A DNA stretch of 64,000 bases, from assembly GCA_900769665.1 (NCBI GenBank), contig CAAGHL010000070.1, positions 13,620 through 77,619 on the forward strand, written 5' to 3'. Both the position numbers and the translations under genes were made by a program. Positions 1-9,021 of this stretch are shown here, in pieces. A model generated the notes under the pieces. The model was not told the DNA's origin, made no database searches, and was given only the letters and a program-made list of their open reading frames with translations. The DNA comes from Clostridia bacterium. GTDB taxonomy: Bacteria; Bacillota; Clostridia; Christensenellales; CAG-314. Numbering within the stretch: the stretch's first letter is position 1; each line of letters opens with the position of its first letter.

Positions 1-2451
1 TTTCATAACGTTATCCTTTTTTTGTGACATTTCGTCATTTTTGTTGTCGTCGTTGTCCGTTGCAATCGGGCAAGCGTCGGTGCTGTTTTGGTTGTCGTTT
101 GCGGTCGTAACGGCGTGCGCATTGTTGGTTGCAACAACGGCGCTAAGCTCGCTTTCGGTAAGCCTAGGAGATTTGAAGAAGTTAAGCCGCAATGCGTTTG
201 TAACCACAAACAAACTCGACAAACTCATTGCTGCAGCCGCAATCATGGGGTTGAGCGACAAGTTTAGCCAAGCGTACAGCGCACCTGCCGCAACGGGGAT
301 GCCGAGCGAATTGTAGAAGAACGCCCAAAACAGATTTTGCTTGATGTTGCGCACCGTCTTGCGAGAAAGCGCAACCGCCGTAGCCACGTCGCGAAGGTCG
401 TTTTTGACAAGTACCACGTCGGCGCTGTCCACTGCAATATCCGAGCCGTTTGCCACCGCAAACCCTATATCGGCGCGGGCCAGCGCAGGTGCGTCGTTTA
501 TGCCGTCGCCCACCATTGCAGTCATGCCGTTTGCCATCAGTTCGGCAACCTTTTGCTCCTTTTGTTGGGGCAGTACCTCGGCAACAAATTGTTCGATACC
601 TACCTCGTCGCACACTGCTTTTGCCGAAACTGCATTGTCGCCCGTGATAAGGATAGGAGTAAGCCCTTCCTTCTTCAACAGCGCTATTGCCTCCTTGGAA
701 GTAGGCTTTATCTCGTCGCCCACGCCCACGATACCGACAAATTTGCCGTCCTTTGCCACAACAAGACAACTCATTGCCTTTCGCGAGTACTCGTCCACCT
801 TGTCGGCGTACTCCGCACTTGCAACGCCTTGTTCGCTCATAAGTGCCTTGTTACCAACGGCGTACACACTGCCGTCGACGGTTGCAACAACGCCCTTGCC
901 GGGGACGGTGGTAAACTCCGTCGGCTCGGCAAACGCAACGCCCTTGTCCGTTGCGTAATCCACAACGGCTTTACCGAGCGGGTGTTCGCTTTGCTTTTCT
1001 ATGCCTCCCACAATGCCGAAAAACTCCGCTTCGGACAGTGTGGAATAGTACGTTTTTACTTGCGGTTTACCCACAGTAACAGTGCCCGTCTTGTCAAGAG
1101 CAACGTACTTGATGTGGGAAATATTTTCCAACACTTCGCCGTTTTTAATCAAAATGCCGTTTTCCGCACCCTTGCCGGTAGCTACCATTATCGCAACGGG
1201 CGTTGCCAATCCCAAGGCGCACGGGCAACTGATGACAAGTACCGACACGGCAAACTTCAATGCCATACCTACGCTTGCGCCAACGCACAGCCAAACCACA
1301 AACGACACAATGGCGATACCCATTACAACAGGCACAAACACCGACGAGATTTTGTCGGCAAGACGTTGAATGGGTGCTTTTGTACTGCTTGCTTCCTCGA
1401 CAAGGGCAATTATTTTACTTAACGTACTGTCGCCGCCTGCTTGCGTGACGCGTACTCGTACATATCCGCCAACGTTGACGGTGCCGCCCACCACATTTGC
1501 CCCTACAAGGCGTTCCTGCGGTAAACTTTCGCCCGTTATCGCGCTTTCGTCGGCAAAGCAACTGCCAAATTCCACAACGCCGTCGGCAGGGAAACTCATA
1601 CCCGCCTTGACTACGACGAGATCGCCTGCCTTTACCTGTGCGCTGTCCACTTCCGTTTCCTCGTCGTTGACGTACACCAATGCCTTTTGCGGAGCAAGCC
1701 TACGCAACTTGTTGAGGGCATCGCCGGTACGCACTTTGCTGCGCCCCTCGAAATATTTGCCGAGGTCCACAAGGGCAAGTATCATTGCCGAGGACTCGAA
1801 GTACAAATCGTGGTGAAAGCCTGCAATTACGTTCATGTAGTATTCCGCCTCGGTCTGATTCGTTGCCGTCGCCCACATTCCGAGGTTGTAACTAATAAGA
1901 AACGTAACCGCAATACCGTACAATGCGCTTGCGACGCTGCCTACCGCAATAAGGCTGTCCATGTTGGGCGCGCCTTGAAAAAGTCGTTTGAAACCGACAA
2001 TAAAGTAATTTCGATTGACGTACCAAACGGGCAAACACAACAACAGTTGCACCAAAGCAAAACTAACGGCGTTTTTGTGTCCCGACAAGAAACTCGGCAA
2101 AGGCAAATTCCACATCGGTCCCATAGCAACATACATCAACACCGCACAAAAACCGATACTGACAAGTAACCGCGCAAGTCCTACCGTGTTTTGCGGTTGA
2201 GGTTGACTTGTTTGAGCCGCCGCAACGCTTTGAGTACCCTCCGTAACGGGCGATGCGCCATAACCGCCGTGTTTGACTGCGTCGACAATAGCCTGTACGG
2301 TGGTTTTGTCGGGATCGTACTCCACCGTCATGCTGTTGGTCAACAAACTGACGTTGACGTTTGTTACGCCTGCTAACTTGTTTACCGAACGTTCGACATG
2401 TGCCGAGCATGCGGAGCAAGTCATACCGCTGACATTAAATTTTTGTTTCAT
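1..2451 (-). CDS. copA: Copper-translocating P1B-type ATPase (CopA-like); C-terminal end runs off the left edge of the window
   Basis: Absent from the ORF track because no stop is reached before position 1. ATG at 2449-2451 lies behind GGAAGG. My translation gives an HMA domain (MKQKFNVSGMTCSACSAHVERSV), then SCPCALGLATP, DKTGT (1081-1095) and GDGINDAPAL (~497-530), all in one frame. Confidence 0.9.
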   Translation of the reverse strand, partial: MKQKFNVSGMTCSACSAHVERSVNKLAGVTNVNVSLLTNSMTVEYDPDKTTVQAIVDAVKHGGYGASPVTEGTQSVAAAQTSQPQPQNTVGLARLLVSIGFCAVLMYVAMGPMWNLPLPSFLSGHKNAVSFALVQLLLCLPVWYVNRNYFIVGFKRLFQGAPNMDSLIAVGSVASALYGIAVTFLISYNLGMWATATNQTEAEYYMNVIAGFHHDLYFESSAMILALVDLGKYFEGRSKVRTGDALNKLRRLAPQKALVYVNDEETEVDSAQVKAGDLVVVKAGMSFPADGVVEFGSCFADESAITGESLPQERLVGANVVGGTVNVGGYVRVRVTQAGGDSTLSKIIALVEEASSTKAPIQRLADKISSVFVPVVMGIAIVSFVVWLCVGASVGMALKFAVSVLVISCPCALGLATPVAIMVATGKGAENGILIKNGEVLENISHIKYVALDKTGTVTVGKPQVKTYYSTLSEAEFFGIVGGIEKQSEHPLGKAVVDYATDKGVAFAEPTEFTTVPGKGVVATVDGSVYAVGNKALMSEQGVASAEYADKVDEYSRKAMSCLVVAKDGKFVGIVGVGDEIKPTSKEAIALLKKEGLTPILITGDNAVSAKAVCDEVGIEQFVAEVLPQQKEQKVAELMANGMTAMVGDGINDAPALARADIGFAVANGSDIAVDSADVVLVKNDLRDVATAVALSRKTVRNIKQNLFWAFFYNSLGIPVAAGALYAWLNLSLNPMIAAAAMSLSSLFVVTNALRLNFFKSPRLTESELSAVVATNNAHAVTTANDNQNSTDACPIATDNDDNKNDEMSQKKDNVMK

Positions 2452-2592
2452 ATACCTTCCTTTCCGTCTTTCGCCACTGAAAACCATCTGCCGACAACGT
2501 TTTGCAAGTTGCGTTGTAGCTTGTCAAATACAATTTTGCATATCTGCAACCGCTAATGCAACTACACTACTTGTCGATATTTTTCTGTGATG

Positions 2593-2613
2593 TAGGTACT
2601 TCGCCAATACCTA
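2593..2613. promoter_or_regulatory. Inverted repeat TAGGTA-N9-TACCTA inside the copA leader (candidate metal-regulator operator)
   Basis: Perfect 6-bp arms read directly, located between the candidate promoter and the copA ATG. It matches neither the CopY nor the CsoR consensus as I remember them. Confidence 0.2.
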
Positions 2614-2693
2614 ATATGCCCACTTTGATGACACATAAATCAATTTCGGTGACAAAAAGGCGATACATTGGTGTTGTTCTCCATTCCGAAGAT

Positions 2694-2722
2694 ATAATAT
2701 CACTATTTTTTTGCCTTGACAA
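2694..2722 (-). promoter_or_regulatory. Sigma-A-type promoter candidate for copA
   Basis: Minus strand reads TTGTCA, 17 nt, TATTAT. It would give a leader of about 240 nt. Confidence 0.45.
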
Positions 2723-2815
2723 TCGTTTGAAAATAATTTCTACTGTTTTAGTAGGATTTTTTTTCAGTAAAGCACCATACCGTCGAATTTACACACAAGC
2801 GCCGCCTCGGGCAAC

Positions 2816-2852
2816 AAAAAAACGCACTCCGAAAGGTTGCTTTCGAAGTGCG
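2816..2852 (-). terminator. Rho-independent terminator after the 2868..3830 gene
   Basis: Minus strand: CGCACTTCGAAAG, loop, CTTTCGGAGTGCG, followed by T7. Confidence 0.75.
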
Positions 2853-2867
2853 CCAATGTATACTCTT

Positions 2868-3830
2868 TTACTCGAAGATCACTTTGCCGCTGTCAAAGTT
2901 TATTGCCGACACGTTGCCGATACGTTCTGTCAAGTAGGACACCACCGACGTTGCGTAACCTGCGATTTGCGCCGTAGTCAACGGTTCGTCACCTTCCGCC
3001 GCAATCAACTTAAACAATGCGTCCAATGCGGCAAGACTTACTTCTTTGTCACGCTCGTTGACGGATACGGAGTGGAACTTTCCCGACAGTTTGCCGTTTG
3101 TTTGCGAGAAGTCGTCTAACGCAACGTCCAACTCTGCGTAGACAATGTCGGCAAGGGTGACAAACGGAATTGTAATACCATTGGTATAATCGGATATTTC
3201 CACCGAAACGGTAATGGTCATGTGCGTTTTGCCGTCCGTTTGGTAAAAGCCGAGCTTTTGTATCGATGCGTTTAGCGTTTGCAATATCTCTATCGGCGCA
3301 ATCAACGCCGCCAAGTCCGCCGAGCCGATACTGTCCACCACGTCGGTGACAAATTTGCTGTCGGCGTAAAATTGGTTTAGCGCGGAGTTTATCATATAAG
3401 CCAGCTCCGTAGAGAAAAAGGCATGTTCCTTTTCGAGAGGGTGCAAATCCACGTAGCTGTGCGCCGTACGAAGCAACATTTCTTCATATTTGGGTGTGCC
3501 GTCGGCTGTCTTGTCGACAATCCACAGTTTTGTTTTTTCGTCGGCAGACGCTTTTTCGGCAGCGGTCGGTATGCCGTTTGCGCCGAGAGTATATGCGTCC
3601 TTGGCAAGCGAAGAAGCAACCTTCCACAAACGATTGATTGTGTAGTTACCTAACCCTACGGAGTCGATCGTGTACGTGTCGTTGAGTTTGACGGTACCCA
3701 AGCCTAATGCGTTAGGCGTACTGTTGAACGCCCAAAAGAACGCGCCGACCACAAGCGCAACTATTACAAGTAGAATAATCACGGCGGCAAGCAAACAACC
3801 GCCCTTGGAATAAGATTTGAATACAGACAT
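2868..3830 (-). CDS. Hypothetical membrane-anchored protein (single N-terminal TM helix, ~290-aa outer domain)
   Basis: ORF 2868..3914 trimmed to ATG 3828-3830 behind GGAGAA. TM helix CLLAAVIILLVIVALVVGAFFWAF. No family recognised. Confidence 0.6.
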   Translation of the reverse strand: MSVFKSYSKGGCLLAAVIILLVIVALVVGAFFWAFNSTPNALGLGTVKLNDTYTIDSVGLGNYTINRLWKVASSLAKDAYTLGANGIPTAAEKASADEKTKLWIVDKTADGTPKYEEMLLRTAHSYVDLHPLEKEHAFFSTELAYMINSALNQFYADSKFVTDVVDSIGSADLAALIAPIEILQTLNASIQKLGFYQTDGKTHMTITVSVEISDYTNGITIPFVTLADIVYAELDVALDDFSQTNGKLSGKFHSVSVNERDKEVSLAALDALFKLIAAEGDEPLTTAQIAGYATSVVSYLTERIGNVSAINFDSGKVIFE

Positions 3831-3959
3831 TTTCCGTTCTCCTTGGCTCCGTGACAATGTTTCGGATGTTTCGTCGCGCCAAACGAGTAAGCAAAACTCG
3901 TATTTCGTCCGCACGCAACCGCAAAAACAATCGTCGCCGTTGTAATCGGTAAGAAATCA

Positions 3960-4478
3960 TTACACTTTCTTTGGTTCGGGGTAATCGACTCCGAAAGTTT
4001 CCACAGTGACGGACTTCATGATTTGGTCGTAAAACGGCTTGTCGTACGGGTCGGTGTACTCGTCGGCGATTTCGTCTACAACGTTCATACCCTCGATGAC
4101 TTTGCCGAACGCCGCATATTTTCCGTCAAGGTGAGGTGCGTCGGCGTGCATAATGAAAAATTGACTGCCTGCGCTGTCGGGTTGCATGGAACGCGCCATA
4201 CTGATGACGCCGCGCTCGTGGTAGATGTCGTTGGCAAAGCCGTTGTCGGAAAACTCACCCTTAATGCGGTATCCGGGGCCGCCCGTTCCGTTACCTTTGG
4301 GGCAACCGCCTTGTATCATAAATCCGCGTATTACACGATGAAATTTCAATCCGTTGTAGAAGCCTTTGTTGGCAAGAGAAATAAAGTTGTTGACTGTGTT
4401 GGGGGCAATTTCGGGATAAAGTTCCACCTTGATTTGTTTACCGTTTTCCATTGTGATGGTAGCAATCGGATTAGTCAT
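3960..4478 (-). CDS. ppiB: Peptidyl-prolyl cis-trans isomerase, cyclophilin type
   Basis: Cyclophilin motifs [13 protein letters not shown] and SQFFIM. Start trimmed to ATG 4476-4478 behind AAGGAGGA. Confidence 0.9.
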   Translation of the reverse strand: MTNPIATITMENGKQIKVELYPEIAPNTVNNFISLANKGFYNGLKFHRVIRGFMIQGGCPKGNGTGGPGYRIKGEFSDNGFANDIYHERGVISMARSMQPDSAGSQFFIMHADAPHLDGKYAAFGKVIEGMNVVDEIADEYTDPYDKPFYDQIMKSVTVETFGVDYPEPKKV

Positions 4479-4600
4479 ATTGTCCTCCTTGATGATATTA
4501 TTTTTTGTCGCTTTGTGCGGCAATTAGATTTGCAATGACAGTTTTACAATTGCGATGTGCCAACCTACCAACAATTTTTTATAAAAGCGTATGCCAAATA

Positions 4601-4652
4601 ATCGTCAACGTCAGGTTGCGTCAGGTTGCGACAGGTTGCGGCAGGTTGCGCC
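4601..4652 (-). repeat. Tandem 10-mer array (4 x NCAGGTTGCG), variant of the GCAACCTAACGTTGACG repeat family
   Basis: 4611-4650 reads tcaggttgcg tcaggttgcg acaggttgcg gcaggttgcg, preceded by atcgtcaacg. The terminal unit cgcaacctgacgttgacga (minus strand) differs by 1 nt from the unit at 49693-49711 and 56654-56672. Confidence 0.8.
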
Positions 4653-4724
4653 ATCGCTACACTTATTGTAGCACAAAAACATATACGTACACAAGTATTT
4701 GCAAAAAAATAGGCAAAAATCCGC

Positions 4725-4754
4725 AAAAAAACATGCCCCGATGTACGAGGCATG
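4725..4754 (-). terminator. Rho-independent terminator after the 4774..5334 gene
   Basis: Minus strand: CATGCC, loop, GGCATG, then T7. Confidence 0.7.
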
Positions 4755-4773
4755 CTTGTGATACCGTATGTAA

Positions 4774-5334
4774 TTACTTTTTGCAAACAAACGGTACTGC
4801 AACTGCGCCGAGACCGCCGACAAGGCTGAGTATCGAACCGATAGCAAGCTCAACGGTACTTTTAATAGTAGTAATACCTAAACTTGCGCTGGAACTGTAC
4901 ACGTTTGTGCATATGATTGCAAATACAAATGTTACGATTGCAATCAATGCAAGCAATGCTCCTAAATACTTGATGTAGCCGTACAACTTGGGGACAACAA
5001 GACTGACAACGGCAAGCACGATACCTATACAACCCACGATTGCCGTAACAAGGGACAATACGGTGAACCATTTGGCTTGTGTCTTTTCGTCATCGAGAAA
5101 GAATCTCGTTCTTGCAACACGTCCCGCGTCGGACAAATCACCGACAGCTTTGTCGGACATACCTTCAAGCATACCGAACAAACCATAGCTTGTCTTTTCC
5201 GTCGAGCCTATACCGGATGCGCCGCCTTGCGAAGTCAACAGCGGCAACGCAAAGTTGAGCACTGCCAACACGCACATAACGGCAAACAACACCACGCCGA
5301 TAAAGTTTGCTTTTCTAACCTTTCTTTTTGCCAT
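4774..5334 (-). CDS. Hypothetical polytopic membrane protein
   Basis: ORF 4774..5418 trimmed to ATG 5332-5334 behind GGAGGAA. Several hydrophobic segments. No family recognised. Confidence 0.55.
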   Translation of the reverse strand: MAKRKVRKANFIGVVLFAVMCVLAVLNFALPLLTSQGGASGIGSTEKTSYGLFGMLEGMSDKAVGDLSDAGRVARTRFFLDDEKTQAKWFTVLSLVTAIVGCIGIVLAVVSLVVPKLYGYIKYLGALLALIAIVTFVFAIICTNVYSSSASLGITTIKSTVELAIGSILSLVGGLGAVAVPFVCKK

Positions 5335-5460
5335 ATTTCTTTCCTCCGTTTCAAGTAGTGTCCGCACGACGGCAATGTCGAACGGGCGGATGCCGCAACA
5401 TTTTGCGACGAATACCATATATATAATAATTTACTCGTGGAAAATATTGCAACAAAAATA

Positions 5461-5509
5461 AAAAAAATGTCGCAAGGTTATTTGGTTGTATTCCGTAACC
5501 TTACGACAT
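5461..5509 (-). terminator. Rho-independent terminator after the 5528..5944 gene
   Basis: Minus strand: ATGTCGTAAGGTTA, loop, TAACCTTGCGACAT, then T7. Confidence 0.7.
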
Positions 5510-5527
5510 TCTTTATTTTACCAATTA

Positions 5528-5944
5528 CTATCTTGCAGCCGCAATGCCTGCTTTTGTTCCGTAGTAAATCATTTTTCCGGATTGGGTAATTGTCCAATCG
5601 CTTTCTTTACTATCCTTGTCTTTTTCGGCGTAGGACTTAACTTTGTCCCATGCTGTCTTGGCTTGATCGGCACTTGCAAAGTAAATAACCGTTACGTGGT
5701 CAACCTTTGCGTTGTCGCCTTCGCCAGTGGACTTGGTTCCGGAAATAACAGCCTCTACACCCTTAACTCCTACAAGAGTCAAAGCAGCAGGAACAACATT
5801 TTCGTCTTTTGCCGCGGTGTAACCGTTCTTCTTCAAGGCTTCAATCGCTTTGTCGGGATTGGAGTTGGGTGCGCAAGCAACGAGCATTGCCAAGGACATA
5901 ACCACTACCAATGCAAGAGCTGCAATCTTTGCAAACTTTTTCAT
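5528..5944 (-). CDS. Hypothetical lipoprotein
   Basis: Signal peptide with lipobox (MKKFAKIAALALVVVMSLAMLVAC). 138 aa. Confidence 0.65.
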   Translation of the reverse strand: MKKFAKIAALALVVVMSLAMLVACAPNSNPDKAIEALKKNGYTAAKDENVVPAALTLVGVKGVEAVISGTKSTGEGDNAKVDHVTVIYFASADQAKTAWDKVKSYAEKDKDSKESDWTITQSGKMIYYGTKAGIAAAR

Positions 5945-6094
5945 AAATTTCCTCCTACATTTTTTTTTAGGACAACAAATAGTCTACTACAATTTCTGTC
6001 AAAAGTCAATACCTGACTTTCAAATAGTAGGCGACTTCCCGAAAAATGAACAAATCTCCTTCAAATGTTCATTTTGTACTCGACGTCCTGTTTA

Positions 6095-8914
6095 TCACTT
6101 TACTTTACCATATACAAACGTAAGCGTCGCACTGCCATTCTTTGGCGTAAGGTGACATTCGTGCGGAAGCGGTCCGCATGCGTTACTGCCAAGTCCCGAC
6201 ATAAACAAGTCTGCGGTAAGGTAAGTTCCGTCGCGTTTAGGCAGTTCGAAGTCATGTTTTGCCCCCGCTATTTGCTTGGCGGAATACGGCAACGCCGAGA
6301 ATGACGTCATGCCTTCCACACGCACTAAACGTTTGCCATCGGACACTTCGGCGTAGTCCGATAGGTAGTGACTGCCGCTTTCCTGTGGCTTGACGTAGTG
6401 ATGATATTGTTGCGAAATTGTCGATACGTATTGCTTTTTTTGTGCAAACTCGTACATGTCGCAGTAAGTCTCCGTCGGTCCGTATGCACGGTAAACCAAC
6501 TTGTCAAATTCAAGCGGAAGTTTGGTCGTCCACCCGAGTCTGGGCAAAAACGGCAATGTGCCGCAGTCATCAAAACGATACTCGACATCAAGTTGTACTG
6601 CACTCTCGACAAATGAGTAAACCAAGTGCATTGCGACAACGGGCTTTTTTGTACAGTATGCGACACACACGTCAAACTGCACGGTTTGCCCGACAATGTG
6701 GTAACTTTTGGCTTGACTAACGGCGCTGTCAATGTAAAAATCGTCAAATTTGCCTTGTACATTACGGTCGTTGTCTATCGGAGCGCGATATATCGTGGCT
6801 TCCAATGCGCCGTACTTTTCGCCGTCAACGACAACGGAACACACCTGTCCGCTACACTTGTCAAACACCACGGTCATAAAATTATTTTGTGCCGTTATGT
6901 ATCTGTCGCCGTCGATAATTTGCGTATCGACGCTTTTGCGAACGGGTGGATTTTGCGGCTTACTGCGCAGTTGCGATTGGTAGACCAATCTGTTCCCTTC
7001 GTAGTAGCGTACCGCAATATCTTCTCCTTGCACGGCAATAATTTGGCTTTCACGCGGCTGTAAGTTCACCTCGGTAACGATTGTTTTGCCGTCACACTCG
7101 ATTTCCAACTTTCCGTTTGCCGCAAGGAAAAAGCGTTTGTTGTACACGGTCAAGATATCGCCGCTCAATTCCGCCGTCACGGGACTGTAATAGTGTTGCA
7201 TTTGTAGTGTGCCGCTTTTTACTTCCCTATCGGCGGACACAATGCCGTCACAACAAAAGTTGTCGTCGTGCCTACGTTCGCCGAAGTCGCCGCCGTAACA
7301 CAAACCGCGCTTGCCGTAACGCACGCCGTGATCAGCCCACTCCCACACAAAGCCGCCGATAAAGCGGTCATTGCTTTCCATCAGTTGCCAGTACTCGCGC
7401 ATTTCGCCCGGTCCGTTGCCCATAGCGTGCGCGTACTCGCACAGCACAAGCGGACGATGTTCCTTTACGTCGGAAAGATATTCTTCCGACATCCACTCCA
7501 CCGTCGGATACATTCGGCTTACCATGTCGACGGGCGTTGTGTAGTAGGTGTCGTCCGACCTATTGCAATACCACAGTGACTCGTAATGGAAGGGGCGATT
7601 GTCCAACTTTTTTGCTGCAACGAGTGCCTCGGCAAGGTACTTGCCCCAGCCCGATTCGTTGCCGAGCGACCAAATGACAACGCACGCATGATTTTTGTTG
7701 ACGACAATGTTGCACAGTTGCCGCTCCATTATTTGGTGAGCAAAGTCTTGGTCGTCCATCAGCGCACCAAACACCGAATCATCGTAGCCGTCCGCCATCA
7801 TAACCGTGCCATGAGATTCCATGTCGCTTTCGCTCATCACGTACAAGCCCTGTTCGTCGCACATTTCGTACAAAAGCGGACTTGACGGGTAATGCGATGT
7901 ACGCAGAGCATTGACGTTTAGCGACTTCATCAGCAAAATATCCTTACGCATGTCCTCGTAGCTTACCGCAGCACCCTTGTCGGGGTGGAAGTCGTGACGG
8001 TTGACGCCGTACAGTTTGACAGGTTTACCATTGACAAGGAAAATGCCGTCCTTCACTTCCGAAGTACGCACGCCTACTCGCTCGAATATCTTTTCACCGT
8101 TGGCAGACAACGTAAGGTCGTACAGATTAGGCGTTTCGGCACTCCACAGCTTAACGTCGGGGACGAGGATTGATACCGTTTGGCTCGGCTTTGCCACAAA
8201 ACTCCTACCGTAGAAATCCAGCGAGATTTCCACGTCGGAATTGTTGGTAAACAAAATTTTGCCGTCCGTACCGCAAAAATCGGTGTTTATGGTGTAGTCG
8301 GTGATGTGTTCACTCGGACGCATAAGCATGTATACACTACGGAAAATGCCCGTAAACCGCCACTTGTCTTGATCTTCGAGGTAGCTACACATGTTCCATT
8401 TTAGCACCAGTACGTCGATTTTGTTGTCGCCGACATGCACGAAGTTTGTAACGTCAAACTCACTAATGCGGTGAGACACGTTGGAATATCCCACAAATTT
8501 GCCATTGACATACAGGTAGAAACAGCTGTCCACGCCCTCGAACACCATTGAAACAAACTCGTCTACGCTACTAATCGTAACGTTGCGGCTGTAGTGATAC
8601 GCAGGATTGGGCTTGAGTATGTAGGGTGGATCATACGGAAACGGATAGGCTACGTTTGTGTATTGAAAGTAGTCCAAACCGTAGTACTGCACGCAACTTG
8701 GCACATCGATCCGCTTGGTGGGCGTTTTTGTCCAAAAATCGCCGACATCCAACACCGTGTCGTAGGCTTGTATCGTCCACTTGCCGTCAAGATCGACAAA
8801 TCTTTTACTTTTTGTGCGAAAACCGCGTTTTTGTCCGTCCTCAAACGGAACATAGTAACATCTTTTAGGCAAGGTGTTGATTGAACAGCCTTGAGCGTAA
8901 TATGGTAGAAGCAT
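6095..8914 (-). CDS. Glycoside hydrolase family 2 beta-galactosidase (LacZ type)
   Basis: Motifs WSLGNESGWG and CEYAHAMGNGPG, with a C-terminal beta-gal small-chain-like region. ORF 6095..9025 trimmed to ATG 8912-8914 behind GGAGGT. Confidence 0.9.
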   Translation of the reverse strand: MLLPYYAQGCSINTLPKRCYYVPFEDGQKRGFRTKSKRFVDLDGKWTIQAYDTVLDVGDFWTKTPTKRIDVPSCVQYYGLDYFQYTNVAYPFPYDPPYILKPNPAYHYSRNVTISSVDEFVSMVFEGVDSCFYLYVNGKFVGYSNVSHRISEFDVTNFVHVGDNKIDVLVLKWNMCSYLEDQDKWRFTGIFRSVYMLMRPSEHITDYTINTDFCGTDGKILFTNNSDVEISLDFYGRSFVAKPSQTVSILVPDVKLWSAETPNLYDLTLSANGEKIFERVGVRTSEVKDGIFLVNGKPVKLYGVNRHDFHPDKGAAVSYEDMRKDILLMKSLNVNALRTSHYPSSPLLYEMCDEQGLYVMSESDMESHGTVMMADGYDDSVFGALMDDQDFAHQIMERQLCNIVVNKNHACVVIWSLGNESGWGKYLAEALVAAKKLDNRPFHYESLWYCNRSDDTYYTTPVDMVSRMYPTVEWMSEEYLSDVKEHRPLVLCEYAHAMGNGPGEMREYWQLMESNDRFIGGFVWEWADHGVRYGKRGLCYGGDFGERRHDDNFCCDGIVSADREVKSGTLQMQHYYSPVTAELSGDILTVYNKRFFLAANGKLEIECDGKTIVTEVNLQPRESQIIAVQGEDIAVRYYEGNRLVYQSQLRSKPQNPPVRKSVDTQIIDGDRYITAQNNFMTVVFDKCSGQVCSVVVDGEKYGALEATIYRAPIDNDRNVQGKFDDFYIDSAVSQAKSYHIVGQTVQFDVCVAYCTKKPVVAMHLVYSFVESAVQLDVEYRFDDCGTLPFLPRLGWTTKLPLEFDKLVYRAYGPTETYCDMYEFAQKKQYVSTISQQYHHYVKPQESGSHYLSDYAEVSDGKRLVRVEGMTSFSALPYSAKQIAGAKHDFELPKRDGTYLTADLFMSGLGSNACGPLPHECHLTPKNGSATLTFVYGKVK

Positions 8915-9021
8915 TTTTACCTCCATGGTAGCAGTATCTGCGACATCAGGCGTTGAAGTTTGACGAATTACAGCCCAAAATGTCACGAAAAATCGCTTAC
9001 GTATTATATTTTTTCCGACAG

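Noticed and set aside
337-1422. Long ORFs antisense to real genes. Examples: 337..1422(+) opposite copA, 21638..22282(+) opposite the LbH gene, 39391..40542(+), 43729..45066(+), 55223..56434(+), 60568..61932(+) opposite ileS, and 31822..32685(-).
   Set aside because: Each mirrors a gene with clear family motifs on the other strand. Their translations are Arg/His/Cys/Val-rich low-complexity sequence, and they lack RBSs. They are explained by the sense genes rarely using TTA/CTA/TCA codons, which keeps the antisense frame open.
4611-4650. CRISPR array interpretation of the short tandem repeats (also 49677-49708 and 56657-56688).
   Set aside because: The units are 10-16 nt and directly abutting with no spacers. 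There are only 2-4 copies and no cas genes in the window.
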